Shown in pieces: positions 13,301 through 28,300 of a stretch of 64,000 nucleotides of DNA. Each line of letters starts with the position of its first letter. Position 1 is the stretch's first letter. Both the position numbers and the translations under genes were made by a program. Under the pieces are notes generated by a model that worked only from the letters and a program-made list of their open reading frames with translations, searched no databases and was not told where the DNA came from. The stretch is from contig OZ260666.1 in assembly GCA_965285935.1 (NCBI GenBank), forward strand, positions 61,690,001 through 61,754,000. The letters run 5' to 3'. The DNA is from Ophelia neglecta. Taxonomy: Eukaryota.

Positions 13301-16300
13301 TACCAAACAAATGTAACAGGTTAAAACCAATAAAGTTTCCTGAAAAGGCCAGCAAGCTTTTTATAATATGTATGATGAACAGATCATCAAAAACCAAAGA
13401 AAGGGACACGTTAAGTCTTGTTTTATGAATAAACAGTGTGCTTGCTGGAGCCGTGATAATTAAGAGTGGATACCATGCAGAAAAAATCATATATCATAAA
13501 TCTGGAAAATTCCAAAAATTGGTCTGCAGGATGCTAAGGCCCCCCCTGGTGACCATAGGCAGTACATAGTTAGGTATTAAACTTACTAATAATACTGATA
13601 GAAATCGAAAAGCTCTCAAGGATTTAGTATGAAATTGCATGAACAAATAGGTATAAAATGTGTGATGCACTATGACAATCCAGAGACACAGACATAAACT
13701 TCATGTTTTCTATCAGACATATATGCACCAATACTTGTGCTATTTTATAAATACTTGAGCTATTATAAAAAAAGATGTCAATTATACTTATTCCATCAAC
13801 TTTCTTGATATATATTTTTCTTGACTGTGTTGAAAAAATATTGAATGTTTGCTGTCTCAGTGTATCTACATTTGTTATACAGTGTTTCTGTATGTCCAGC
13901 ACTACTACATGTACCTGCCCACACCCCCTTCTATCTATGTCTCTGCTTTCTCTATCTCTATCTCTGTCTCTTTCTCTGTCTCTCTGCCCTCTCCAGGATC
14001 TCTCAGCCTCTCTAAAATATTCTACATTTACTATAAAATGATCTGTCTCACCCCATCCAATATACCCTACATGATCTCTCATTCTTTCTGTCTGTGTGTC
14101 TCTTGGGCCATCTATCAGCTAGGCTCTATCTCTGCTGGTCAACTTCTCAAAATCACTGTCCATCTCTGGTCTGTCTTAATTATATCTACACACCTCTTTG
14201 TCAATTGAAAATTGCAGATTAAAGTAAAATGACATAAAAATGCAGTCATTGCCTGGGTAACACATCATGGGGTTTGCTTACTGATTAATAACTTTCTTTT
14301 TTCTCTCTCTAGCGTGGGAAGGTTGGAGATGCTGAACCAAGGAGTTCGTTATTATGAAAATGTGCATTTTGTAACCATGACCAATATACTTGTATATTTA
14401 TAGTGTGATTGCATTGAATAGTTTGTGCATTGCATGCACTCTTGCTGCTGCTGGTATAAGCTGGTAGCAGGTATACATTTGTTTGCAAAGTCACCAAAAA
14501 GCACAAAAAGCTTCAATTGATTTTGGCGGCACTGTATCTTGGCTTAGCACACAATTTGTTGATTCCATATCATCAGTTAAAATATATCAATATATAAATC
14601 TTCATGGTAGTACTTGGACAGTTGCCTATAATCTGGTTGGTCATATGGTGTTTATACACATTGTGCCTATAATGTATACATGTATTTGTAACTATATTAT
14701 AATTTTATTTGTTGACCATGGTGAAGCATGCCTGTTATATTTTGGTCATTTTTTCAGCAGCATTTAAAGTAAACCAAATATATCAAGACTATTTCCATAA
14801 ATATGTGGGTAAAGTAAGGTCATTGTTCAATGCAAAATGTCATAGAATAGTGGTTACCGGGTAGGTAATTTCAGTTTCTAAAAATAAAATCATAATATAA
14901 AATAAGCCCTTAAAATGTTTTAAATAGTCATAGTGGCCCCAATGTGTCTAGGAGAACGACCTTTGACACCAGGTTTATGCATTTGCCTTTCCTTATCAGC
15001 CTCAGGATTCTTGGCTGGAAGAGCTTCAAGATGTAGAGTGCATGGAGAAGGATGAGAAAGTTATTATGGAGTGTCGTTATTCCAAGCCAAACTGCAGATT
15101 AAGATGGAGCAAAAACAAGTTGGAGATCTTCCAAGGCACCAAATACAGTTTTGTCAATGATGACGGTCTGTTTAAACTGGTGATAAACCGAGTTGGAATG
15201 GAGGATGCTGGCAGGTATACCTGTACTGCAGATGAAAAGCCTACATCAGCTTATCTAGAAGTAGAACGTAAGTCTCAATATGAAAGTCTCTCTTTTTGTA
15301 CAATAAAGAAAAATCTATGAACAAGATAAAAGCTATTTAGTCAGTGCAAATACATTGGGAACTGTCAACTGCAGGCACACCATATATCATATGAGAATGT
15401 GTGTTTTCACATCTGAAAATACTTTCTTCCTGTATATCAGAAATCTTACTCTATGATTCTATACTTTTGTACCTAATTACAACAAAATGTAAGGCATTCT
15501 ACACTTATATCAACTCATCAATAGAAGAATATGCATCACATTTTTCAATTTGCCCTTTGTTCCATTAGCTGTTTCAACTACAACAACAGCCTTTATCAAG
15601 AAATTGATAGAATTAACAAATGAAAATCATATTCTAATAATATTGGCATTTATAGGGTGCCCTTTCCTCCTATAACTTTTGCCCATTTACCATCGTACTA
15701 ATAGGAGAAAAATATGTCACTTTCTACTACAAATCTCCCCTTGGAACAACTCAGTAACAATAGAATTCGACTGCAACAATGACTTTGTATCAGTTTACCA
15801 ACATAAGGATTAAAGTCTCTTACTAGAATGATGTAACAGTCATATTTATATCAACTAAATAACAGCAAGTCACTTTTTACAAAAAAATTATGCAAGGTAT
15901 CATTCTTAATAACAAAGGAAATTAAATTAAAATTTGTTCAACTCTTACAATGCGTCAGTTTTATAATGGTAGAATGCAAGCTGCATTCTTATATTGTTTT
16001 GCTCTGTATCATCTTGTTAACAGGAGACTACCTCTTATAATGTGGTCCTGTAAGAAACCTGCAACAAATTTCCCCTGGTATAAAGTCTGGTGTACCATCT
16101 TCACAATAAAAGACAATGTAATGGCTTAGATTGGTCTACATATTCCCCTCATCCTAGGGATATGGGCAATTGTGCATCTGCTTCATACTAATATAAGCCA
16201 TATAACATCATGTGCGTTGTCATGTTCTGTCACAATAAAAGTGTTTCACCTTATAGATTGAACATTATTTTATGGCACTTTTAATGAGAAATAAACAAGT

Positions 16301-19300
16301 TTTCCTCTTCAGAATGCAAGGACCTTTTTATACTCTGCATTAATCATTTGTTCATTAAGAAAACTTTATCTGTAGCCACACATATGCAAGAGGGCCTCGT
16401 GCACTGTCCTATGCATATCAACTTCATTCAATGTTGACCAAAGATTCATTTGTTTTGTCTTCTGATTCACAGCATGAATTCTGTGAACTACCTATCAATG
16501 CAAGTGGCTGATACCTGTTATTAATTATATAATTATTCAACATCATTCCTTTACAAGCACTGGAAATGAGTTTGATGTTTTATGAGTCTGCATTTGTTGG
16601 TTCCTGATGAATTCTGACTGATAACATGAATTATTCCTGAATAAAGAAGTTGAATTAGCTAGGTAATCCCTTGTGAGTTTTATCTCACTAGCTGGAGGAA
16701 AACAGTTATAGTTGACTATTTCTTAAATAGTTCTGAAACCAACGTTTGATCTTGCAGGCCAGCGGCAAACTTATTTTTTCACACAAAAGTTGCTAAAGAA
16801 TGTCTCTGTTGCAAAGAAGAAGGATATAGTATTGGAATGTATGTTGTCTGATACCAGACCACAAGTCAAATGGTTCAAAGACAATGAACCAATTGAGGTG
16901 AGAGTGACTTAACCTTTGTTTTGATAGATGTATTGAATTATTTTGATCATAATTAAGTTTTGTTACTAAGGTAAAAGTAAGATTAAATTACAAGGATTCA
17001 TTCCTTGTCTTGCAGTATACTCCAAACAAATTTGAAATCTCAAGAAGGGAAGCACGCTGCATTTTGAAGATAAGGAATGCAAAGAATGAAGATGCTGGAA
17101 ATTATAGATGTGAAGTGGAAGGAGACACCACAGAAGCTCATCTTAGTGTCAAAGGTAATCAAAGAGAAGAAAGCTGAGAAAGCTAGGGTTCTGCCTTATT
17201 GCCTTAATGTTTATAACAGGTTTCACCTACTTGGTAAACAGCTATTTTTTCTCCATCAATCTAGCACCTGATTATGACTTTGAGAAGCCTCTTCATGATG
17301 CTGACTCCTACGAGAAGGAGACTGCAGAGTTCCATTGTGAAGTTAATGATGAAGAAGCTCCAGTCAAATGGTACAGAGAAGACAAGGTGGGTCAACACCA
17401 AAAGAATACCTGATCACTAATTATGTTCTCCCTACGGGGAAATATTACTTTTGTCTCTCATCTCATATCTTCAAAGAGTCATGCATCTTTTGGTCAGTTA
17501 ATAATTGAACTGTTTTCCCAATATTCATCACATTGGGATTAAAAAAGGCACTCTCCAAACAAGCCTTTGCTACAATGGCCCTTCCTAGAACTTCATAAAA
17601 GGGCCTTAATCCGAAAAATCATTTGCTAGGAATCCTCTTGGTAGCTTGAAATTTGTCCTTGGCATTCTTTAAGGCTGAATTCATAGACTTGGATTTTTAA
17701 AGCATTTCATATCTTAACAGTGACAGGCATAGCTAAGGATTTGTTCATGAACCATAAAGTCAGATGCAAGGATCTTGTGCTGATCTTGATTCTAACCTTG
17801 ACCTTTTCAAGGTCCGAATGGAAATTCTTGTTTTCAGCATTCCTTGGTCAGAGATGGAAGCATTATTATATCACTTGAGACATCCTTGATTTTGTTAGTG
17901 GACACAACATGATAATATTTAGCTTGCAATTAAAAAAAAGAAAAAAATAGTCTGGCATAACTCTGTTAATCAAAAGATTTACTGGCTTAATAGTGGATGA
18001 TAGTCATATAAAATTTGTTGAATACGCTAAGGGCTTTATATACTAGAAATCTACTGGAGACCACAGATTTGAACTTGACCTTTTTACAAGGTAAATGCAA
18101 AACACAGAAATTTTACCAATGCAAATTTGACCTACCACATATATCAATTACTATTACAAAGTGATTAAATTCTAAAGTACCTTATGATGTGCCTAATTTT
18201 GTCATTTGGCTTTTTGGCAGTGATCTTTATTGTTAGTACCTTCTTTACAGTACAAGATCAGTTTATGGAAAACTAACAACTTTTCTAAGAATTTAGTTAC
18301 ATGAAACTTGTTTTGACCTTGGAAAGGTGGTCATGGCCTTATTGACATGGTCAAACTGAGACATCTTGCTCCTTTTCGTGTGCTGTTCATACACCTGTAG
18401 TTTTCAATTTAATCGGCAGGGAGACATCCCACATTGTCTCACCCGTCTAGTTTGTGTAAGATCAGACACTGTTTCAAAAAATAATCAAGAAATGTTGTTG
18501 ACAATTTTATTGCATCTTTAAATACATAATTATTGTATTTCATCCCGATGTCTCTGTGTTTTAGGAGATAGATATAAATGACCCTAAGTTCATGTTTATA
18601 ATGGATGGTAAGAAAAGGATATTGAAGATTAACAATGTGATGGGCCGAGATGAGGGCATGTACAGCTGTAAGGTGCAGGACAAAGTGACAAGTGCTAAAC
18701 TATACGTGGCTCGTAAGTAACTTACCCCGGTAACCTCATGTAATCTATACAGGTATAGCAATAGAGCTTTGAAATGATAACAAAATGAATTTCTTTCTTA
18801 CAAAACCACATTATCCCACTTAATGAAGGCCAACAAGACATGATAAGGCACTGTATATCTTGTTTCACCAGTGCATCTGACATTGGGGCTGTTTAAAATT
18901 CTGTCAATCTCATGCTGTGTTGTTTAAATAAGTCTTTTGTATGTGGGACAATAACTTGCTATTTAGTTTTCACATTGTACCAGATAAGAATTAGATATAA
19001 TGTTTTGTGTATCCTTGCAGCTGATGTTGTAATCCAACAGCAACTAGAGAACATGAAGAAGGTAGAAGGAGAAATGGTCAAATTCCAATGTAAGGTGAAG
19101 AACCCAAAAAAGATGCCAGTCAAATGGTTCAAAGATGGCGAGGAAATTAAAGTCCCCTGTGATGAGTATGTTATATGCTTCTAATGAATCTTGATAGGAG
19201 AAATACTAAAAACATAGGCACCAATAAGTATATCAATGCATATAGCAGACACAGATAACTTTAAAACATGTCTGCAGTAAAAGAAGGGAACAAACTGGCT

Positions 19301-22300
19301 CCTAATAATGCTGTTAGACAAATGGGGTGGCCATAGAGGAGAACCCTGACTGGATTCCACAGTGAATTAAGGCACTGCAAGGCAGCAGAAGACCAGCAGC
19401 ACTGCTCGCCTTACTCAACTTTGATTATGACAACATAGTCCTGCTGTTGGATGAATATATATAAGCCACTGTGTATATCAAGTTATCTGTCATATTTATA
19501 TATTATATGGAGTACAAGAATGGGACCAACTGTCTTTCAAATGTGAAGTTTTAAATTCCTTGTTTATTCTCAGCCAGCGAATTGACATTTTGTCAAGACT
19601 GGTCACTAACTAAGTATGCTTTCTTGGGTTGGCAATCAGACTTGTTGGATTTGGGATAGGACTGTGCAAGTCCTTGAATGGTGTGCAGCAACTCCCAGTG
19701 GGATACAAGCAGCCGACCTTTAAGAGATTAGTGAGATGACAGTACTCCACAAACCATTGATATTTTAAAACATGTCTCAATGCACTATTAAACTTACCAA
19801 GGACTTTTTATTTTTCAAAAGGAGAATGTCATGGGATCATTTTAACAGCCGCTTACTCCTGGTATCGGTATTTCCAGGAAAGCTCTGATTGCCAGAATAA
19901 TTCAGGCCTTAACCCTTACACCAATTCCCATCATCACAACACACCCCTGGCCCAAACCATGACTAAAACCCCTTACCATTGTACTTGATCACCAAACCTA
20001 CCAACCAAACCAACCTGGCAAGCTTAAAATGTGACAATATAGTTTCCTAGCCAATCTGCCTCTTCTACATTACTCAACTGCAATCTTTTTCGTTTGAAGC
20101 AAACTGGTCAAGGTGCAATTGTGGCCAGTTTCCCGAATGCAATGAGTGACAGGAAGATGCAAAGCAGTATGTCAATTTGAACTTGGAAACAGTATTTCAT
20201 CTTGACAATAACCATCTCCCTAGCTTCCCATTACCATCTCGGTTTTGAATTTGAAATCTGGCAAGGGTGGACTTAGTATGACCTGCACTCAGTAATATTG
20301 AAGAACCACTTGCATAGCTGGGAAGAACCTGGCAATGTAATTGTGCTAAAAAGTTGCAACTTGCCGTTACTGAGCTCAGCCGTGAGGGAGTGTCCCTGCC
20401 CTGTCAAAACAACACCGCTCTTCCCCTGACTCCTGAAAAATTGCCCGAAAAAATGTTGTGTATGCCAGCTTATGGAAAGCGGGTGACCTCCCCATACGGA
20501 GCCTGAGGATTGAAGATGCAATTATATTCTCGGCATGAATGAAAGTATTTATGATGACAAGCAATAAACTGGAAACAAAAAACCAAACCATTAACTTCTG
20601 TGGTTCTTATTACTAATATGTGAAAGCCCACTTTTCGTAAGTTTAATAAACCAACATGTTGCTATTTTCAGATATGATATCAAAGTTGAGGATGGAAAAG
20701 AAACATTGATAGTGAACAAATTAAAAATGTCTGATGCTGGTCAATATTCTTGTAAGATAGGATCAAGAGAGACTAGTTGTAAACTAGATGTTACAGAGGG
20801 TAGGTGTTCAGAATAAAGTCAGAATGGACAGTGATATGCTATGCAGATTAAATTGATAATGTTCACACCCTTCATGATTGAGTGTACATTTATTATACAT
20901 TCACATGGGGGGTACACTCAACAGGAATATCAATTAAAACAATGGCCGGAAATCAACTTGGATTTCATTTCACAGTGTATCTTATTAAATCTAATTAAAA
21001 GTGTTAAATAGTTGTGCATATCATGATGTATGTTTAAACTTCATTGTCTATTCTTTTCTGTAGCCCGCAGAGCTCCCAAGATAGACAAAGAGACTATCCC
21101 CAGGGAGATCACAGTACATGCAGGGCAACCCATTGAAGTTGATATCCCATATATAGGTCAGTAGGCTTAAATATACATACATCTATATAAAACAGTTCAT
21201 CTCAATAAATCTAACAAGAACATCAAATAATAAAAACTGACTTACAGGCAGTCCTCTGCCAAAGATGAATTGGAAGAAGAATGGTAAAGATCTGAAGCCA
21301 GCGGCTGCTTTGTGCCTGGAGATGACTCCTGAGTTCTGTAGGATTGCCCTTAAGAAGTCCAAGCGTGATGATGCCGGAGATTATGAGCTGGTGCTGGATA
21401 ATGAGGTTGGCGTTGAGACGGTCCCTATCACAATCAAGGTCTTAGGTCAGTCTGTGCCGTCTGCTAAGCATCCTGGAAAATAACATCATGTTATTTCATA
21501 TTATAAATAGGGCAACTAAGGCCACTTGCCGTAGCAAAACATGGACTAATTGACTGTTTTTTCATGGGTAACTTGAGTTCAAAAAATAAGTTCAGTTCAA
21601 TAAGTTGGTGTCGCAGAATGACATTGGTAACCCTAGAAGAGAAAATGCTGCAGCAATACACAAATGAACAATGTACACATGATTCAAATTGCATTCTTGT
21701 TAAAAGTGGGTTGAATTTACAAATTGTTAGACTTCTATAATAAAGATTGAACATTTGCATTCTCAATGTAAGGTTTATTAAAGTTGAAAAAGCATTACAA
21801 CATGTATATACATTGTATATTAAAATATATATCGACTCACCATTATGCTATTGTTACCAATAATTAGTATAACTATATATAATTATTATTGCCTTGCAGA
21901 CAAACCCACAAAGCCATTAGGCCCTCTGGAGGTGTTAGATGTTTTCAAGGACAGATGCCGTCTGCAGTGGAGGACTCCAAAGGATGATGGCGGTATGCCC
22001 ATCACTCATTACATTGTGGAGGCCATGGATGTGCAGGCTGGGGAATGGTTCAATGTAGGCACTGTGTATGATGACACCCAGTGTGGTGTGCCTGGCCTTA
22101 CCCCAGGCACCAAGTACAAGTTCAGAGTCAAAGCAGTGAACAAGGAGGGAGAGAGTGAACCGCTCGAATCTATAAAAGATACTCTAGCTAAGGACCCATG
22201 GGGTGAGAATATAATATGACCAAATAAACTGTTTCATAATGTTGTCAAACCCATATCCTGTAGACAAACTCTTATGACAGGTTATTGCTTGTACTAAAAG

Positions 22301-25300
22301 TTGTATTGTTGCACAGATCCACCTGGTCAACCTGGGAAACCAAAAGTCACAGATTATGACAAGGACCATGTTAGTATTGTATGGACTCCCCCCAAAACGG
22401 ATGGAGGAAATCCAATCCAAAAGTATATAGTGGAGAAGAGACCTAAGTTTGGAGAGTGGGAAAAGGTCAGATTTTATTTAGGAGAGAACAATAAACATGT
22501 ATAAGCTTTTTGTATTATTTCCCTCAACCACATGAAACAAAAGTCAGGTTTGTCATTTGTCTGCAACCTATTCGTTAGAAAAATGGTGGTGGAAATATGG
22601 CAGACAAAAGCAAATTCATGACTGGGGATAAACTGATCAGATTAAAATAAGTTAAGCAGGAATAGCTAACTGCAGGCACACACTGATGACCACGATCATG
22701 GGAAGTAGTCCATGAGAAATTGATGAGTTAAATGATACACCATGTGGGAACCTGGGCACAGACAGGGTATATTGTCGATATTGTAGATATTGTAGATCAT
22801 CTTGGTAGTTTATTTGTAGCATTCATGCAGAAAAGTCATCAGACACCAGAAATTAGCCACTAAAGATAGGAATGAGAATCTGTTCCTTTCTGTCAGTCCT
22901 GGTGTCCAGGAAAAGTATTAACCAGCTTACCAGTATACATTGCACTGCAGCACTGACTCCATACTGTTTTCATCTTGAACCATAGTTAGTAAACAAGCTT
23001 ACCCTGTTCCAAACTACTTTTGCGTCACTTTTTTGTCAATCAGCGGATAAACTCTGGCCTTTGAATTAATAACAAATCAGTGACATCCTTATAAACAGCA
23101 GCACCCTATAACTGGTTGTTTCACCATCAGTGATTGGCTGTAAGCTCCAAATATGTGCCACATTCTGCGGTGCAGAAGGTGCTAACCACGGGCCAATGGA
23201 AACATGCGTCATGTGCACATGTAGGATTGCACTCAGTAAAAATAATAGTATAAATCAGAGAAATTGTGGGGGAGATGTAGGCTTCTGCTCAGTATAAATA
23301 ATAGTACGTATCAGAGAAGTGAACATGTGATGTGTGTAACAAATTTTTTTTAATTACTGGACTGGTGAAAAAGCAGCTGCACCAGTGAAATGAGTAGATC
23401 TTATACTGGTCCAATGTCCAGTAGTGTTTTACAGACTTTTCTGCAAGACTGTGGTAGGCCTGTTTCATGGTCATAATGGCATAGAACACTTTACAAAATG
23501 GCTAAAACCACTGCATAGCAGTTTGCTGTATGCTGTTGTTAGTATTGTTTTCTGAGTTTTAGTGCCAATTGAAAGGCTAAATGACGCATCATGTTGTGGA
23601 GAATGGGTTATCACAATTTGTATGATAAAATGTAGTAAATAGGATGCTCATTTAAATCTGATTGACCAGTTGGCTGTCAAACTTGCAACCTTATTTGCAG
23701 AATTTGATCACACAGGGGCAAATTAATGATGGGTCAAAGTTCCATGTTGTCTGGTCTGTGCAGATCAGTGCATTGGAGACCTTTAACAAGTATAAAGTTT
23801 CAGTATCTTAATAGTATTGGTATCATTTCCCTGGTACCTGTACCATTTAAACTGCAAAACTAAAAAGCGATAATATTGATCAAATACCTAAACTCAAGAT
23901 TTAACTTGCAACGAAGAAAACTAGCGCACTAGAAACATCTAGGTGTACTCCTACAATCACCACCACACACTAGGTCAGTAAATTAGGTAGTAAAACAAAA
24001 TATATTATTATTAATCTGCCCACTGAGGCAGCTGTAAGCTCCATCTGTAAAGTTATATAGAACTGTGTAAGCATTGGGCACTTGTATTTATTAGTAGTTT
24101 TGGCCGTCTCCATTTGACCGTCGTTTCGTAAAATTTGCATCGCAAATCTTGGTGCAACCCAGAGCTTATCATGGTTATCACAATACCCCCAGGGGCATGG
24201 CATGAATAAATCACGACAACCCAGGTGACAGCGTGGTGAATCCAAAGACAGTACCTAGTGTAGCATGGGTTGTGTTCTGTGCAGGCTACTGAGCATGATC
24301 TTTGACATGTTACAGGTTGGTATGGTACCAGCAGGTGAGGAGTTATGTGCTGACGTCCCTGATCTGGAGGAAAACCAAGAGTACGAGTTCCGTGTCATCC
24401 CTGTTAATGAGGCTGGCCCAGGAGTACCTTCAGATCCCACAGCCCCACAGCTCACCAAAAATAGAAAGGGTAAGTATGCATACCTCAAAATAATAAGAGG
24501 GAAGTAAATGTATACTCACTACAATTCACATGCTGTCTACCAGCAGCTAGCACATAAAAAACACTCCAAACTGGGGCAATACATTACTAACCATATTGTG
24601 TACGGAATGTTGAATTGTATACTACTGCTTGTGTAATGTCTGATTGTAGTGAAGCCGAGAATTGACCGTACCAGTTTTGAGCCGACTATGCAACTGAAGA
24701 AAGGAAAATCCTTTACGATAGAGGTCAAGTTTCTTGGTGAGCCCCCACCGACAGCCACGTGGGCATTTGGAGGAAAGGTGGGTGCATACTGTATTTACTA
24801 GTAATGGGATGTTAAGTTGTGTTTTGATTCATATACATTACAGCATGTAAGCTTCACATTTCAGAATGGTCACCAGTTGCAGATAATTGGGGTCTTGCTA
24901 TCATGCTTCACAATGGGGAGTAAATCAGGGGAAATAGATTTTCAGGTTTTTTAACTATACTGTTAAACAGTGCTACACTTAGATTAGGGCTCTCGTTTAG
25001 TGCATAAATGTCTGATGACAACTACTTCTGTTGCAAACTTTCCTGTTGACATAAGGGGTATATTTCAGCTTTAATCAATAACTTTCCATTGTCACCCCCC
25101 TTCTGTTGGATATTAACTTCCATGACACTTGTAAGATGTGTTGTAATGTTCATACTGAGTACCTTCCAATAAGATTAGCCTGACCAACATGACTTAAGAT
25201 GTGGCCCTGGTTTGTGCCATGTAGCCACGCTGCTCTGCTATAAACCTACTGTCGACTGATCTTTGTTTTGTGTGTTTTCTCCCTCCACCTAGCCGTTTAA

Positions 25301-28300
25301 GGGAGTTCCAGGGCATATCACCATAGAGAAGGTGGTGAAGATAGAACCACCTCCTGTTGATCCAGATCAGGTGACCTGTGTACAAAAACACAAAAGAAAC
25401 AAAATACTGACCTTCGCATGTGGACATGACTTGTCAACCCTAGCTACCTCGTTAGATATAGAATACAGTCATTCTGCAGGCAGCACAGCATAGAGTCTAA
25501 CATATAAAACCAAAAGAAGATTTTTTTCTGCAAATAAATATATTTGCTGTAGGCTTGTGTTTAGATCTGCAGGATGGCTGTTGATTCAGGGTGAGGTCTA
25601 TGAGTGGGTAACTTACTGACAATGTAAATGTACCCCACTGACATAGTCTTGACCCATATTGATTACAATTTATCTTTACAGATTCTATATATGTATAAAT
25701 GCTATGGGGCCTGAGCTTCTCTCCTATGGAGCTAGCAGTGGCCATGATGACATTCTAGCATGGTGGCTGTCTATCATGATCCTCCCATAATCATTTTCTT
25801 GGCTACAACATGGCATAACTTCCTGAAGCCACAAGAAACCAAGAAAACCCCAGCGAACTAGTACTATCTTGACAACACCTATCTGCATGTTTAACTCCAT
25901 TTTGGATTGTATTTCAGGAGTATATAGCTCTCAGTTGGGTTAATGTGTGTCGAATACTGTACAAGTCTTAAAACCCAAAGTTTCACCATCCCACATGTGA
26001 ATGGTACACCCACATAATTGCCTTAGTTCAGATTATACAACATGCTTGCAGTTAAGTTTATGACAATTCTATAAAATTAAATTTTCCTGGCTAATTTTTT
26101 CATTGATTTGAAATTTTCATTGGAACTGAGAAAAAAATTATCACTTGTTAAACCCTCCGCCTTACAACCAGGAGAGGTATTGTTTCAACTGTGCTTTATA
26201 AATGGGTGTTATATGGGTGTTACGCGGTACCCCTGCTTTGCAGCCTTTTTCTTCAAATCATTGCCATTCACACAATAGGGGTACCTCAAACGTAAAGACT
26301 TGTATTGTTACTGTGGCACAAATTAAACTTATAGATAATATGCTATTATTAATGATACCTCTGAATGTAAATGTTCTCAATGTCAATTAAGTCACTTGTT
26401 CTGTAGTAAAAAGCTTTAAATACATAACAGTGTAGCTTACCTAGTTGTGTTCTGTAGACAACCTGTAGATCACTTATATAATATATGAATATGGCTGCTA
26501 ACATGTCCCAGATTTAAATAAATAAATATATGATTGTGTACTTGTCATGGTTCAGCAGAATCTAGTACTATATGCACAATCAACATTTAAAACCCATTAT
26601 TTTGTTGTCCACACTTCTCTGCTTTTTGGGATATGCTTATTCTATAATTATTGCAGGTGTTTACACTACTTTGCTACAAATACTTGCCTTCAATTACTTT
26701 TCATAACTGATATTTCAGATAAAGCTGGCACAAGTTAAAATATCTTATGTATCTAGCTACAGTGTTAAACTAAACAAAACCAGCTGCTGACTAATTTGCA
26801 TCTAGATATTACAATTAAAGTTTTCATACTGCTTGTCCATCAAATGGTCAAATTCCTTACACATATATTTCAATCAGTGAATTAAAAGATATAAAGCATG
26901 GACTAGTTGTGACCTTGAGTGACCTAAAATCAAGAGATAAGATGTACATGTACAGCCTGAGTGACAGTTTTATATGTTGATTTCAGCCCCTGAAGGAGTC
27001 CAAAAACGTAGTTATGACCAACCCGGACTACCAGGCTACTCTCAAGTACAAAGACTCTGTGCGCAAAGACACAGGAGTGTACACCATCACTGCCACCAAT
27101 GAGTATGGTAGTGACTTTGCAGACATTGAGGTTATCGTTTTAGGTACTGCATAGCACCTCTTATATGTTCAACCATTTACAGGAGCTAACTTGTTTTACG
27201 AGCACTCTTATCTAGATTCACGATACATATGGATGCCAACTCATTGTTTAGTGTTATTTCAAATGGCTCGTTCATGTATGGCATAAATAAGGGAATGCAA
27301 ACTTGCATCTAATTTAAAGTACTTAGCTATAATATACATACAAAAAGCTTTTGCTTATACCTGCCTTCTACTTGATCAGTAATATGTCTTGTTTAAAGGT
27401 CCACCTAGTCGACCAAAAGGACCTCTAGAGGTGTCAGATGTGACTGCAAACAGTGCCAAGATCTCTTGGGACAAGTCAGAGGATGATGGTGGCCAACCTA
27501 TAACGTATGTTATCCATTAAACAGTCTTACTTGAAAATTATTTTAAATACATTTTGGCGGGAATTTAAGTATACTTGAAAACAAAGTTTCCTCATTGAAT
27601 TATTTTGAGTGTATTATTTCTGATGTTCCAGTGCTTACACCATTGAGAAATTAAACCCTGCAACTGGCAAGTGGGACAAAGTAACATCCTTTGCTCCTAA
27701 AGATGCAGTAGAATACGAGGTGCCCAAATTGAAGGAAGGTGAAGATTACAAATTCCGTGTGATGGCTGAAAATGCTCAAGGACTCAGTGAACCGCTTGAA
27801 ACAGACAAAGCCACCAAGGCCAAGAATCCTTTCAGTAAGTTCTTCAAAGTTGCCTGTGGACAAAATTGGTTAGTAAAAGAATTAATGTTTTCTTCTCCTG
27901 AATATTGGACGTGAAGGGGAATTATTCCTTGTTTGCCTTACAGCCAACCCAAACAAACCTGGAGCCCCAGAGGTAGAGGACAGCGATAAGAAGTTTATCA
28001 AGGTCAAATGGGAGCCACCAACAAAGGATGGCGGTGCCCCAATCAAAGGCTATCATATCGAAAGGAAGCAACCTAATGCCCGATCATGGACCAGACTCAA
28101 TAAAACTCTTCTCGATGTAAGTCTGCCACACATGATTATAACATTTCACAGCACAATACTGTAATCAACCATATCATTTATAAGAGTGGTGAATTTTACA
28201 CTTATGGCTTCTGACCCTATTTCTGTCACTTCAATATTTCCTTGTCACTTAAAACAAGCTGCAAAGCAGTTCACCAAAATTTTACATCATTTAGTTTGAT

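Noticed and set aside
13624-14208. RD/RE-rich and Leu/Ser-rich ORFs
   Set aside because: Translation of a CT-rich low-complexity tract.
19260-20600. Possible decayed retroelement fragments (also ~25190-25900)
   Set aside because: Slightly GC-richer, but no RT, endonuclease or tRNA-box motif I can support.
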